A DNA stretch of 64,000 nucleotides from the human T2T-CHM13v2.0 reference genome, Homo sapiens (GCF_009914755.1 NC_060927.1), one strand, 5' to 3'. Numbered from the stretch's first letter, positions 1 to 14,719 are shown. Notes: a model not told the origin generated them from the sequence alone. Translations and numbers: made by a program.

Positions 1-167
1 AAATATTATAATAAATTTACATAAAGGTTGTATAAAAGTAGACATCCATATAATGTTTAAAAATTGTTTTTCTACTTTTATTAGTGAGTAAAAGCTTTAA
101 CTTTTAGTTCTAAAATTTAAAATCTAAGCGGCCTAGAAAATAGGCATCACCCTGACAGGCAGAAGAG

Positions 168-234
168 GATAATAGTTAAGAACATGGGATTTGACATTAG
201 CCACACCCAAGTTCAAACCCCAGCTCTGCTACCT
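168..234 (+). mobile_element. MIR SINE fragment
   Basis: GTTAAGAACATGGGATTTG...GTTCAAACCCCAGCTCTGCTAC resembles the MIR 5' tRNA-derived region. Confidence 0.5.
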
Positions 235-847
235 GAAAGATAATTCTTGGAGCTCTTTGTAACTATAACCACTTAATAAGGATAGAATGGTGAAAAATAA
301 AAGCAGAGAGGTTCCTGTTTTGGAAAAATGTGTTAGGATCATCTCTCCATGTTTGAGGGCAGGAAGTGATTGATCATGTATTGCAGGAACTAAAATCATA
401 GGGGCCATACTTAGAGCTAATATCTGGTTTTGATATACTTTTAAACTAAGAATAAATTGCTTTAAAATAAACAGTTTTTAATATAAAAGACAGTCGATAG
501 CTTTAAAATAAAAAACAATTCTGCATTATTCAGCAAGACCTGCTTGAAGGAATATTTGGTTTCCTAAGAGGTAACAAACCCTGTCTCTATCAAAAAGATA
601 AAAGAGTCAAGCAAATAATAATTGTCCCCATTTTTTTCTACTTCATCTTGGCAGGAAATAATGATACCAGTAAGCAGTCAATGCTCCCTCTTAACAGCCT
701 TACTGGAGATGGACAAATGAGAGCTGCTCTGGTGGGATAGACAGGAGCTGGTGGGTGCAGTGATGGAGATCCAAGTGTGGTGCTTACTATCACTGATCTG
801 AACCTGATCAGAGACACAGGCTACAAGGATTTATGAAACAGGCTCAC

Positions 848-1284
848 TGTGTGCTGGTTACTAACATGTCTAAATCCAATGAAACAGAACACCCACACAC
901 AAGTTACATGAAGTGAGTTTATCACTTACAGATAGGCAGGACAGTGACAACAGAAGCCTAGGATTCAGGGAAAACCAGTCCCCCAAGCCTCAGAAAAGCT
1001 GCCCAGAGTGGATAAAGGTTTGCCTACAAGTACCCCACTTGCATTATAGCTGAGGTCCTCCAGAAAACAGACTGCTCTAGGTTTTGTATCCAGGGACATC
1101 ATAATTCACTGAACTAGAGCATAGAAAGACATCTCATTTCTATGAGGGATCAGGCTGTCCCAGCTGGCCCCTCCTTATTGCAGGATGTGGCATTCCCAGC
1201 ACATTCAACGGTTATTCTTGAGAACTACCAGTGAGAAGGGACAGAACCGGGTCGTTCCAAGGTCACCTGGGGAACTGCCCTGCA
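848..1284 (-). mobile_element. ERVL solo LTR, LTR47-like
   Basis: Minus strand begins TGCAGGGCAGTTCCCCAGGTGACCTTGG...GTAGTTCTCAAGAATAACC...GAATGTGCTGGGAATGC; no clear TSD; family from recall. Confidence 0.6.
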
Positions 1285-1663
1285 GGAGTGTCCTTACACA
1301 TTTTCACAGTGCAGACCACTCCTGAGACCAAACCAGCAAGCCTCTGACTCCCCCTAAAAATTTAGAATGAGAACAGCTAAACAATATTTCAAAAAGTGCT
1401 GACAATATCACATCTACCCTAAGCTACATCTGTCCTCAAGAAAAAGAAAAAAACCCCACAAACTCTGACACTGAATGTATCTTTTCCTCGAAAAAATGGT
1501 AGAGAATACCTGTAGTACTTGAATAGTACCACTTTCGAAACCATTCTCAGTATTTAGAGGGATGGCCTTTTCTTTGTTTCTTTTAGTGCTTTGGTAAACT
1601 CGTGGAAGAATCACTCAACAATAGGCATTTTCTAACTCTGGGAATTTAGGTATGAAACAGACC

Positions 1664-1790
1664 CTCTCTGACCCTCAGTTTCCATGTTCTTAATCAAAAA
1701 AAGAAGATTAAATTAGATAATGAATAAAACAGACTTGACATAGAGCCCAGCACCTAATAAGTGTTCAATAAATTGTAGTCCTTATTACTA
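1664..1790 (+). mobile_element. MIR fragment (core and 3' end)
   Basis: CTCTCTGACCCTCAGTTTCC and CCCAGCACCTAATAAGTGTTCAATAAAT match MIR motifs. Confidence 0.5.
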
Positions 1791-1980
1791 AATTTACTCA
1801 ACCAAAGGCTTTTTTATGAAAAGCATATTTATCTTGCAGATTATATAATATTGTTACTAAGGATGATTTAAAAATAAGCAGGTATTATAATCAAAATTAC
1901 AAACTTAAACCATAAAAAAGATGAGATGAACAAATGAAGGTGTTTTCCTTATTTTACCCTGCTAGAGAATACAAACTCTT

Positions 1981-4391
<2,411 letters not shown>

Positions 4392-4890
4392 CAAACTTTT
4401 AAACATCTTTTGTTCATTAAGAGTCACATGAAATTAAATTAACAATATCTAAATTTGTACAAAAATTAATTATGCATTAGGGTAGTTTATTATCCTTTCT
4501 GACTTTGTTTGTGATTGATTAATTTCTACTACATTGTGGGAGTTGGGAGAAGGAGTTTATCATATGCTATCATCTGAATGGTTTGTGTCTCCCTAAAATT
4601 CATATGTTAAAACCTAATCATCAAGGTGGAGCTTTGGGGAAGTGGTTAGGTCATGAGGGCTCCACCTTCATGAATGTGACTAGTCCCCTTATAAAAGAGG
4701 CTCCAGAGAGCTGTCTTGCCCTTCCACAGTGTGAGGACATGTAGAAGATGCTGTTCATTAGGAACAGACCATCACTAGACATAGAATCTGCCAGCACCCT
4801 AAATCTGGCATTTTCCAGCCCCCAGAACTATGAGCAATACATTTCTGTGTTTTAAAAATTGTTCAGTCCAAGGTACTTTTTATAGCAGTC

Positions 4891-5913
4891 TGCTGTGGTT
4901 TAGATATGGTTTTTTTTGGCCCCGCCAAGTCTCATGTTGAAATTTGATCCACAGTGTTGGAGGTGAAGCCTGGTGAGAGGTATTTGGATCACGGAAGTGG
5001 GTCCCTCCTGAATGGCTTGGGACCATTCTCATGGGAGGGAGTGAGTCCTCATCCTTAGTTTCTGGAGAACTGCTTGTTAAAACGCCTGGCACCTCCCTTC
5101 CTCTCTCACCATGTGATGCTCCCCTTCCCCTTCCCCCACGAGTGGAAGCAGCCTGAGGCCCTCACCAGATGTAGATGCTGGCACCATGCTTCTTGTACAG
5201 CCTACAGAACTGCAAGCCAAATAAACCTCTTTTTCTTTATAAATTAGCTAGTCTCAAGCATTCCTTTGTAGTAATGAAGCAGCTACGTTGTCTGGGGTAT
5301 ATACCTGGAGTTTGCTGTCTCACAACAGAAAAATTTAGGACATGGACACATACAAGAAGTTTAGGAGTGGAGGATTAATAGGCAGAAAAAAAGAGAAAGA
5401 AAAACAGCTCTCTCTCTAGAGAGACAAAGGGGTCTTCTGAGTAGAAAAGACTGGCAGGTGTTGGATGCACCAGATTTTATACTCCAGCTTGAGGAGGTGG
5501 TGTCTGATTTACATAGGGCTCACAGATTTGTTCAATCAGGTATGATGTTTACATAGCACTTGGGGAAGGCTGGTTGCCCCACCCTAATCTTATTATGCAA
5601 ATTAACTTTACCCTTGGCCAGCACCATCTTGTCTGCTTCTTACTGTACACATGGCTGGCAGGGACGAGAAGGCTTAGCCACCATCTTGAATATGTCTAGT
5701 CCCTAGTTACTGCCACCATTCACCTGTGTGAGCTCCCAGCTGGCTGGGTCTATGTCTACAGCTCAACTTTACAGGCTGCTTTTTTTTTAGAAAATGATTT
5801 GGGACTGCTTTTTGTTAAAAAGTAAAGCCTTACCGAGGACTCCCATACCCTTACTATCTGCCTAAGTAATTTCTTCTTAACTCCTGTATCAGTAACACAA
5901 ACAGACTAAAACA
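4891..5913 (+). mobile_element. MSTB-family MaLR LTR (MSTB2-like), split (4891-5274 and 5896-5913)
   Basis: Start TGCTGTGGTTTAGATATGG; GAAGCAGCCTGAGGCCCTCACCAGA; end ACAGACTAAAACA; 5-bp TSD CAGTC 4886-4890 / CAGCC 5914-5918. Confidence 0.85.
5275..5891 (-). mobile_element. ERV1 solo LTR, LTR9/MER61-like
   Basis: Minus strand TGATACAGGAGTTAAGAAGAAATTACTTAGGCAGATAG...CAGACAACGTAGCTGCTTCA; TG..CA termini; 4-bp TSD GTAA 5271-5274 / 5892-5895. Confidence 0.85.
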
Positions 5914-6099
5914 CAGCCTGAACAGACTAAGATAGCTTATATGTCTGTCAAGATCACCACAAGTTCTAGCCTACCTTCTATTCATCTGATTCTCCAGGAC
6001 ATGTTCTCTGCTCCTTTGGACAGAGGATAACATGCCAATCCCAAGGAGCACTGAGTCTTCAGGCCTTGACTTCCTGTTCCCCACTCTCCTCACACCCCA

Positions 6100-6620
6100 G
6101 GCCAGCCTTCAACTTTCAGTAAAGCCAGTGGAGTGACTGGTGTGCTGTAGGACCCAGTGGTGACCTCCATCTCTACTCTTCATTGACTTAATAATATTCA
6201 ACAATCGTGGATGTTCACAGTTCAGACTGGCCTGACCCACTCTCACTCACGAAATGGATCCTCAATACCTACAGTTTGCTCTCGATTTATTCAGGACCAA
6301 ACCCTCCCATCTGGTGATTGCACTCATCAGCAACTCTGTGAGTCTAGGCCTCCTTCTGATCCAGGTACCCCCGAGGGAGAAAATGTTCAAAATCACTTTG
6401 CCCAGACTGTTGAGGAAAATGCCATTCAAATGTCTAATCAAAAGCACTATAGCACCAAGCCACATTATAACTTTCATGCTGTTGTTGAAAAAAGTTAGAT
6501 TGGTTTGACAAGATTAGTTCTTTTAAGAGTCATTTGGATTTTCCCCCATTACCCTGTAATCCCTCTCAGACTTTGAAAATTAATCTTCCTATTATTCCTG
6601 TATTTCTAGATAGAAACATA
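6100..6620 (-). mobile_element. Ancient CR1/L3 LINE reverse transcriptase fragment
   Basis: Minus strand near 6485-6525 translates KN*SCQTNLTFFN (CR1 RT motif K.KSCQTNL); weak WREV.SGVPQG-like DNA near 6135-6175; boundaries approximate. Confidence 0.45.
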
Positions 6621-7059
6621 TGCCGCCTGGTTTATGGCATCTGGGTATGATGGGCCCCTCAGCAAGCCTCACAGAGTTTTCAGAGGGTTTTGTTTCAGTT
6701 AATTCCTTAAGCATCCTAGGATTCAAGTCATTGTATCTTGTAATTTATTTTATTAATCCTAAGTGTAGCTTAAAAGAAAGGAATAGAAATTAATGAAAAT
6801 AAATTAGCATTTTTGATTACAAAAGATACCTTCAAGGGCGCTCTCATTTCTTGAAAGTGATCTTGCATTGTATAGCAGTGCTGGAGCAGAAAAAGGCTAA
6901 ATGGCCTAGATTCCACATTAACCAGGGATTTGAGTGGTTTGAGCCAGAGATTTTAGCGGTTTGAGCCAGAGTTTGTCCAGCTGTTAGAAATTTGTGTTGG
7001 TCTTTAAGTAAGAGTTGGCAAACATCCAGACAGCAAACCAAACTGTAGCTTAATTCTAA

Positions 7060-8380
7060 ACTTCCCTCTCCAACTTCATTGCTTTCATCCTAGTTCAAAT
7101 CAATATAGCCTTTCACCTGGGCTATTATAATAATCTCTCAATTAGTCTCACTGCTTCAACCCCTAGCCCTTACTATGAACCACACCACCACACAGATCAG
7201 GTCAGGTTAGTTCCCTGCTTAAAATTGTTTGGGGGCTTCCCATGACAGTTAGGGAAAAAGAAAAAAAAAAATCTAAGTTTTTTTACATAGATGATAAGGC
7301 TATGTGTAAAGATAACCTCCCCAGTGCAGTCAGTTCTGCCATAATGCAACATGTGCATTCCTAAAAATCACTGCACTACGCAAAATCATGTAATTAAAAC
7401 CATAGCACTATGGGAAGAATGGGGCGAGGGGAGCAGCACTCAAAAATTTCATCTGTGGCACATTTCAAAAGCAGTAGGAACCTAATAGAAATGGTGGCAC
7501 TGTTTTAAATGGTTAAGAAATACAAAGATACTACAATAAATATGGCACTTTACCTCAGAAAGGCTTCAAGTTTGCTTGCAGAAGTGAGTACCAGAAGATT
7601 TGCAGTTTGTGCATTATCAAGTTGTGGAGAGAGGATTATCTGAAATCAGAAGGAAAGTCATGACACTAGGTGGATGGGTAGGTGTGACTCACGCACACAG
7701 TGAACCAAGGTAGCTGGCGGATGTCGGAGGCATGCATATGTGCATTTGGTATATTCCTACTCAGTTCAGCTGGGCGCAGTATTTTTCATCCACCTGGTGC
7801 TCCTCTCAGACAAAATCACACATAAACAAAATCGTGTTATGCTCAAACTGTTGCCCGTCAATCCTGTTAGAACTAATTTGCATTTTAAAAGCAAGCTTTA
7901 TAGGAGAGCCTACTGACCAAGGCAGCACACTAACATTACTATCCTCTCCAGTATCTCCACCATGTCAATTTCTTCCCCACCTTAAAGGCTTTGTATTTGC
8001 TGTTCCCTCTGCCTGGATTGCTCTTCCTCAAGTTCCTCATGGGCTTGTTTTTGTCTCATCCTTTGAGCTTGTCTCAATGCCACCTTTTCAGAGAGCCCTA
8101 TCCCAAGATCACCCACACTAGGGTAGGCCTCCACGTCCATTGCTCTCTATTTCAGAATCCTTTTTCATTTCTTCAGAGGTTCTTTTCAAACAGGTAAATA
8201 ATTTATTTTTGTTTGTAGTTATCTCTCTTTCACTAGAAAGTAAGCTCCATGAGATCAGAAGCCATGTCTCTCTTGACACTTTTAAGTTTTCAAGCACTGA
8301 CAGGTACTGTAATCAGTAAGAAGAAATGTATAGGTACTCAGTATACATCTCCTGAATGAATAAAAGAATGAATGAATGAT
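7060..8380 (+). mobile_element. L2 3' region, split by MER82
   Basis: TTTGCTGTTCCCTCTGCCTGG, ACTAGAAAGTAAGCTCCATGAG and terminal TGAATGAATGA repeats. Confidence 0.7.
7327..7915 (-). mobile_element. MER82 (TcMar-Tigger non-autonomous DNA transposon)
   Basis: Left terminal repeat CAGTCAGTTCTGCCATAA, degenerate right end TTATAGGAGAGCCTACTG; internal CTACAATAAATATGGCACTTTACC matches recalled MER82. Confidence 0.8.
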
Positions 8381-8788
8381 TATATCTAAGCAAATACCAA
8401 ATACATACAGCAGGTTCTCACAGAATGGCCTTATTAATGCTATTATGATACTTACTCTATTAAACTCCTTACAATTAAGCTCTTGTTCAGATTTAATACT
8501 CTCATTAAAAAGAGCTTGAAGGGAAACAGTACAAAACTAAGTTTTTAAAAGATAGATTATTAGAATCACACAGCACAAAAAAATAACAGCAGAAAAAAAT
8601 TAGACTTGTCAAAATGACAAAAAAAAGATGATTCATTCATGTTCTTTACAAAACTGAACTCTAATCCCAACGATGGTAACAGAGAAGGCTCATATTTGAC
8701 AAGTGAATAAATACAGACTAAAGGTTTGTTGAGGCCCTTTTTACAACTCTGTGTCTACTTTTGATATCCATCTTTTGAAAGGAATCTG

Positions 8789-8915
8789 GGCCGGGCACGG
8801 TGGCTCACGCCTGTAATGCCAGCACTTTGGGAGACCGAGGCAGGCGAGTCACTTGAGGTCAGGAGTTTGAGACCAGCCTGGCCAACATGGCAAAACCCCA
8901 TCTCTACTAGAAAAG
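8789..8915 (+). mobile_element. AluS (Sz/Sx-like), left monomer only
   Basis: GGCCGGGCACGGTGGCTCACGCCTGTAAT...CCCCATCTCTACTAGAAAA, then non-Alu sequence. Confidence 0.9.
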
Positions 8916-8919
8916 AAAT

Positions 8920-9427
8920 TGTGACTGTGATGTCTGAATGTCTCTTAATATGCATTCCTCCCCTCTTCTGTATCAGTAGAATACTCTTGTTTTATCTGGG
9001 CAAGTGAGCCAAATAAAGGCTCCATTTCCCAGCCTCCTTTGTGGCTATGTGTCATTGTGTAACCATGGGACTAAATTCTGGCAAAGGAGATTTAAGTAAG
9101 GAATTCCAGCCGATGGCTTGGCGACTTCCATGAACCTTCCTTCAGAGAAAGCTGTGTCTTACTCATTGCCCCTTCTTCTTTCATTTTCATGTTGGAATTC
9201 AGAGGTAACAGCTGGAATTCAGGTGCTGTGTTGGACCCTGGATTGACCTTGAGAATATAGGTCATGTTCAATGAAGCAATAAGACAGAAACAGTCTGGGT
9301 CTCTGAAGGCTTTGTGGGACAGGACCCCCACAGAGCCATGAACTATCTCACTACAACTCTTTAACATAAGAGGGAAAATATCTATTTGGCTTAAGTAAAT
9401 CTTATTTTAGATTATGGTTTTAACTAA
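8920..9427 (+). mobile_element. Old MaLR LTR, MLT1J/K-like
   Basis: CATTTCCCAGCCTCCTTTG..GCTATG..CCATGGGACTAAATTCTGGC motif typical of MLT1H-K. Confidence 0.55.
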
Positions 9428-9977
9428 TGAGTTGTAGAGTTAAATGTGCCCTCCCAAACTGGTCTTTGTTTTACCAATTCGTTAAAGAAAACACCTAGCA
9501 AGTCTTAAAAGTGAGTGGTTTAGTAAGGAAAGTCAGGCTACCTGAGCATAGCCCGAAGGTGAAAATGCAAAAAGAGGCTGAATGGCTCTGCCTAACCAAG
9601 CATTAGAAATTTGGGGGTTTATAAGGGAGAATGGTGGAGACATAAAGAGAGATTAGAGAAGTTCTTCTAATTGGAAGCAAAGGCCAGTGGAAAATTCCTT
9701 GTGATGCGTATTTCTATAAGGACAATGACTCTAAAGTTGCCTTCTCTCTCAATCTATAATTGCCCTCTACTTTTCCTAAGCCTTCAGTAACAGTTGTCTC
9801 TGCGTAATGATCTTGTATTAGTGATGTTCGGGTAAATGGAAGAAGGGGGAAAGATGAGGTTAGGTAGACAAAGGTAGTAGCTTCAGAAGCTGAGAGCTAA
9901 GATTACCGCTTTTGCAAAAACATCTAAGCATCCCTCAGTGTGGAATAACTCAGAAAAGAATAAATGCCCCCTACCTA

Positions 9978-10026
9978 ACACACACGCACAGAGAGAGAGA
10001 GAGACAGAGAGACAGAGAGAGAGAGA
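9978..10026. repeat. Compound (CA)n(GA)n microsatellite
   Basis: Seen directly in the sequence. Confidence 0.95.
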
Positions 10027-10494
10027 TTGATTTCTGTCAAAAGCCTGATGGACCTCTACAGAAAATGGAAGTAGGAGCTCAGTGTTATAGGAAAGGTAAT
10101 GCCAGAATGCCAGAGTAGGAAAGACTTAGAAACATCCAAGCTGAAGACTGCTGAGCTGCATAATGATACCAAATGTCCTTGTCCTGGTCTGCATAGTAAC
10201 TCTTATCTATCCTTCAGAATTGTGCTCTAGTGTCACCTTTATTGACAGATCTTCCCTAACCCTCCTGGATAGGATTAATCAGCCCCTCTGACACAGTGAC
10301 ACAGTATCTGGGACATTCATCTCTCGTACTTTTCCCACTGTGAGCTATCTGAGAACATGATATCTTATATTTGTCTTATCTCTAGTGCCTAATACATAGT
10401 GCCAAAAAAAAGCTTTAGAGAATTGAATTGAATTATGAGTTTTGTAATAAAACCACTGACATGGGAAAAACCTTAAAGGTAATATTAGTAAAGC

Positions 10495-10625
10495 TTTATT
10501 TTTCATATAATGATATCAATGACTGGAGAGACTAGCTGAATTTCCTAAAGTCACACAGCTAGAAGAGGCAGGATGAGGACTAGAACCGAGGTCTGTAGAT
10601 CCCAAATCACCTGCTTATTATGCCA
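10495..10625 (-). mobile_element. MIR fragment, preceded by an L2 3' fragment at about 10170-10435 (+)
   Basis: CCTAAAGTCACACAGCTAGAAGAGGCAGG..CTAGAACCGAGGTCTG is the MIR reverse complement. Confidence 0.6.
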
Positions 10626-12387
10626 CCTTATTATATCTATGCACACTAGAGCAAAACACTTCAGTAAACCTGGGAAAATATTCAGATGTTTGAGCTCTCT
10701 CCCAAATCAAGTGCTATTTTGCAGTATGTCAAAAGCCACTTTGATCTGCTTCAACTTTTGGGAAAGAAAAGTATGAGATTTGTGCTTCCTGTCTTTAAGG
10801 TTCTTCATAAGTGCTGAATGAATAATGAAGACATAGACTTAGCAAAGCACAGATAAGTGCATAGATTCATCAGCCCTCCTGAGGTTCATAAATTTCAGAG
10901 AAAAGTACATTTTTCAAACTAAAGATCATTTTATAGCCCTAACCAAAAAAACAAGAAAAAAAAGAATTTGAATAAAAAATTAGGCAGTGCAGCAGGCATA
11001 TCTGTATTATTTTCAGCCCCATACACAGAAGCAAGCTAGAGCTGTTCTCCAAGCTCTTCATATTCACCACAACATCTTATTTTATCTCGCTTGTTTTGTT
11101 CTCCTTCTCAAATCCACTCAATCATTTATTGGCTCATCAGTGCTCTAGCGCGTTTTTTCTCTGCTTTACTGTCTCCCTCTTTTCAGAGACAGACACCTCA
11201 CACCTGGGAAACAGATGCCTCTAATTAGTATTAAAACCTGAAGTTTATGCCTGCCTTTGATGTTTTCTAGGATGCATTTTGGTGAACAATAATATTCTTG
11301 ACTCAGCACCATTCAACACTTAATCAAAAGTCGGTTTAGTAGAGATTCTCCTGCAGTCACCCTGTACACTGTAGTTCCAAACATGCTTGCTAAATAAAGT
11401 GAAAGAACTGGATTTTGAATTTTGAAAGTCTTTGTTTCACAAACCACAGTTTTCTGAGCTGATGTTTTGAAAAAATGGGCACACTAATTTTACAAAATCT
11501 TAATAAAATTTAAACTTTGAAGAAAAAAAGTTGAAGACAGATCTGAGAAGTAGCAGCTGCTGTGTAGTATTTGCTAAGTGACTATGTTTTCTTTAACTGA
11601 CCTGAGAAATATTTGTTACACATGTTATTTAGTGCTTTAAGTGCAATTCATCAGAGACTGAGCATAAAATATTTAAATAGTAAGAGGACTAAAAGACCAA
11701 AGCTGAGAGAAAGCTTATTCAGGAAGCAATATAGTACCCTCTGACCAGTGCAAGAATCCTTCTGTAGGTCAAACTTAACCTGGTACTCTTTGTTCCAGTC
11801 AAAAAGAGAAGAATATTGTATATTGTACTACCTCTCTGTGACAAAATACAGAAAGATAAAGAAGAAAGTTGCATCTCCATACAAATAAAGAGGAAAATTA
11901 TTTATGGAGGAATAATTACATAATTGAAGCTGGCCATTTTATAGTGTCTTTAGAGGCAAGAAAGAAAAAAACTGGTGCAGAGAAATGTTATGCATATAAA
12001 AAGAGTTACCCAGGGCTATAGGGAGACTTGAAAAAGACTCTACTTAAAATATGAGCTGAGAGCTATAACAATGCAAATGTTATATTAGTGTTCAATGCAA
12101 TTAATATCAAGTGTCTTGAGTGATCACTCAAGAGTGGTCAGACCACTACAGGAAAAAAAAAATGCAGAGGACACAGAAGAAGAGGATCAATAAATTAAAA
12201 ACAAAATATATATATATAAAGCCCATGACAAATGTTATCTTAGCCATATCAGTTTAGTAGAGATTCTCCCTGTATACTCCTAGGCTAAAGGGGTTCCCAT
12301 TTCCTGGGTGTGAAAGCTTTGGACAATTCAGATTGCCCTATGACATGATAAATGTATTTGTACTTTGTGCAATACTAAGTGACTAAG

Positions 12388-12741
12388 GTATTAGTCAAGA
12401 TAGGCTAATTATGCTATGGTAACAAATTATCACAAATCTCATGACAAAGGTTTATCTCTTGTTTATGTTATCTGTCCCTCACAGATTGACCATAGTGCTG
12501 CTCCCAGTCTCAGGCCAACAGTGTAGCCTTCATCTGCAACATTGCTGGGAGTCATATCGAGGAAAAAAAAATTTATGGTAAGCCACATTTTCCAGCTCGT
12601 AAAGCTTCTACTCAGAAGTGACATACATCATTCATCTTGACAACCCTGGCAAGTCACATGACCATACCTGTGTTCAGCACAGTGGGAATGTATACCTCCC
12701 CACAAAGGAGTCTCTGAATATGAGTCATGTAATCTACAACA
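12388..12741 (-). mobile_element. Old MaLR LTR, MLT1I/J-like
   Basis: GTATTAGTCAAGATAGGCTAATTATGCT..GTAACAAA start; GAAGTGACATACATCA..CAAGTCACATGACC; ends CTACAACA. Confidence 0.6.
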
Positions 12742-14090
12742 GTATCCTCAAGGTAACTCTATATAGTAAATTGTATAATTTTGACTCTATATGCCAGTGT
12801 TTCTGGAATAAAGTTTCTTTGTAAAATCTCAAGTAAAAAACCTGCAGATATTTTTTATAAATAACTATCGGCATAAGGTAGCCAGTATTTTACTGTTTTG
12901 TAGTCAGCAGCATCTCTTATATAAGGATATCTTAAATTTCAACTGTGACTGTGTATATTCATGATATTTTAGTATTCAGGTTGTCTGCTAAAGTCCTTAA
13001 TGGGAAGAAGCAATAATCAAATTAATTAGTTTGTTTTTTCTTGTATTTCTATTGCAAAAACTAACATCATACTTAAGTAAGAGTTTGAATGAGGTTGGGT
13101 GGGACACAGGCATATGTGAATTTTACACATTTTCCATTTCCCACCAAGCAGGCAGATCTTTAAACACTACTCTGCAATAATGCTTTTAATAAGGACAAAG
13201 AAAGGCCTCCTTAGCCCCCAGTACTTAACTTCAGAATAGAAAGCATAGATTTGACAACAGAAGCATCAGTAAGAAATTTGCTAATTATTTTTCCACGATG
13301 TGAGCTTTAATTTGCTTGGTAAAGATAATGAAATGTATGCCACTTATGTTGTTATAAATCTAATCAGAAACACTTGTGTGTATGTGCCCCATCCTCCTGC
13401 TGTAAAGGATAGAATGTATTGTGGATCTGCTTAACTACCACTGAGAGGAAGCAACAGCCCTCAGACAAGGATTTCCTGTAAATGGCTTCAAGTTAAAGTT
13501 CTCAAAAACCACATTTATCATGCCATTTTAGCATGATACTGCCTGGAGACAGGAGGAAGAAATAAAAGTTTTCTTAATGTCCCTTTTTCCTTATAATTCT
13601 TTTTTTTTTTTTTAATCTTTTCTACTACCCAGTAGAACCCCTTCTCCTCAGCCACTGGAATTATTATAATAAAGACACCTAGGAATTCCAGAGAGCTGAG
13701 ACTTGCTCCCTATACTTGGAATCCCAGAAAATAGCCTTTAACACTACACAATTTTAATTAATTCTAAGCTTCAATGATAATCATATTTCCTTCCATAAGT
13801 GTTGACTAAGGAGAGGACAGGTAACAGAGTTGGCTGATTGACCAACTGATTAAAGAAAGAGATAAACTGGGATGTGTGTCCTAAGGATACTCTATTCTCC
13901 TTGAAATACGAGAAAGAGGGCTCAGAAAAGATCTTTACCAACTCTTCCTCTTTCTTGAACCACCTCCTTCATTTATCCTTTGATCAATCGCAATCCCACT
14001 TACAGTTAGCTTCCTATACCACCATTGCTCTTGTCGTTGGTCCTTGAACTTGACTCTGATCTTGCTTAATTACTCATTCATTTATTTCAG

Positions 14091-14156
14091 GCCTCATATT
14101 CAGTGCTCACAGACAACCTCATCAGAAAAAGCACCATTGTGAATTGGAATAAACAG
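14091..14156 (+). other. Candidate 66-nt internal exon of an unidentified transcript
   Basis: Acceptor TTCATTTATTTCAG|G, donor CAG|GTAAGA; only frame 0 is open (ASYSVLTDNLIRKSTIVNWNKQ); unique sequence; peptide not recognised. Confidence 0.4.
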
Positions 14157-14719
14157 GTAAGACCATGACTAGAGGTGAAAAAAAACCTGCTTGCTGAGTG
14201 TTTGATGAAGATGAGTTAAGATATAAATTTGAAAGAGATCAGAGTCAAATTTTCGGCACCTTAGAACATATGTAAAAGTGGCATCATCACTCCAAGTTGT
14301 TGCCCTCCATATCCATGTTATAAGTTACTTCCTAGCAGGTCCTGAGAACAGTAGTTTGACTTGCTTAAATCGTTCTCACATGGAAAAGCATGACTCAAAT
14401 ACCAGTTTCTCTTGCGAGGATTCCTTGTCTCCTGCACCTGCCTTTGGCAATATTAATTATTCCCCCTTCCACAATCTTAAAGTACTTAATTCATAAACTA
14501 ATAGTAGCATTTTTACAACTTATACTATTTAGTTCTGTTCTCTGCAAGAGAGTAATCTCCCAAGGGCAGGATTAAATCTGGTTCATCTTTACATCTATGA
14601 TGTCGAACAGATCATCAGACACATAGTAGGTGCTCAAGGAGTGTTGCTGACTGAATTGAAAGTTAGTTGAGGGTCAGCATTGTGGGTAGCAGAAGCTACC
14701 TACAGAGAGGTAACATGGG

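Larger units (their letters stand above)
4565..5934 (+). mobile_element. MLT1A0-like MaLR LTR, split (4565-4890 and 5919-5934) by nested LTRs
   Basis: Start TGCTAT..CTGAATG..CCTAAAATTCATATGTT; body GGTCATGAGGGC..CCTTATAAAAGAGG; terminal GAACAGACTAAGATA resumes after the nested elements. Confidence 0.85.

Noticed and set aside
6211-8197. ORFs of 60-129 aa (6211-6508, 7732-8121)
   Set aside because: Overlap CR1, MER82 and L2 fossils; no recognisable domain or splice context
9430-9900. Possible ancient LTR on the minus strand
   Set aside because: LTR-like composition only; no family, termini or TSD could be supported
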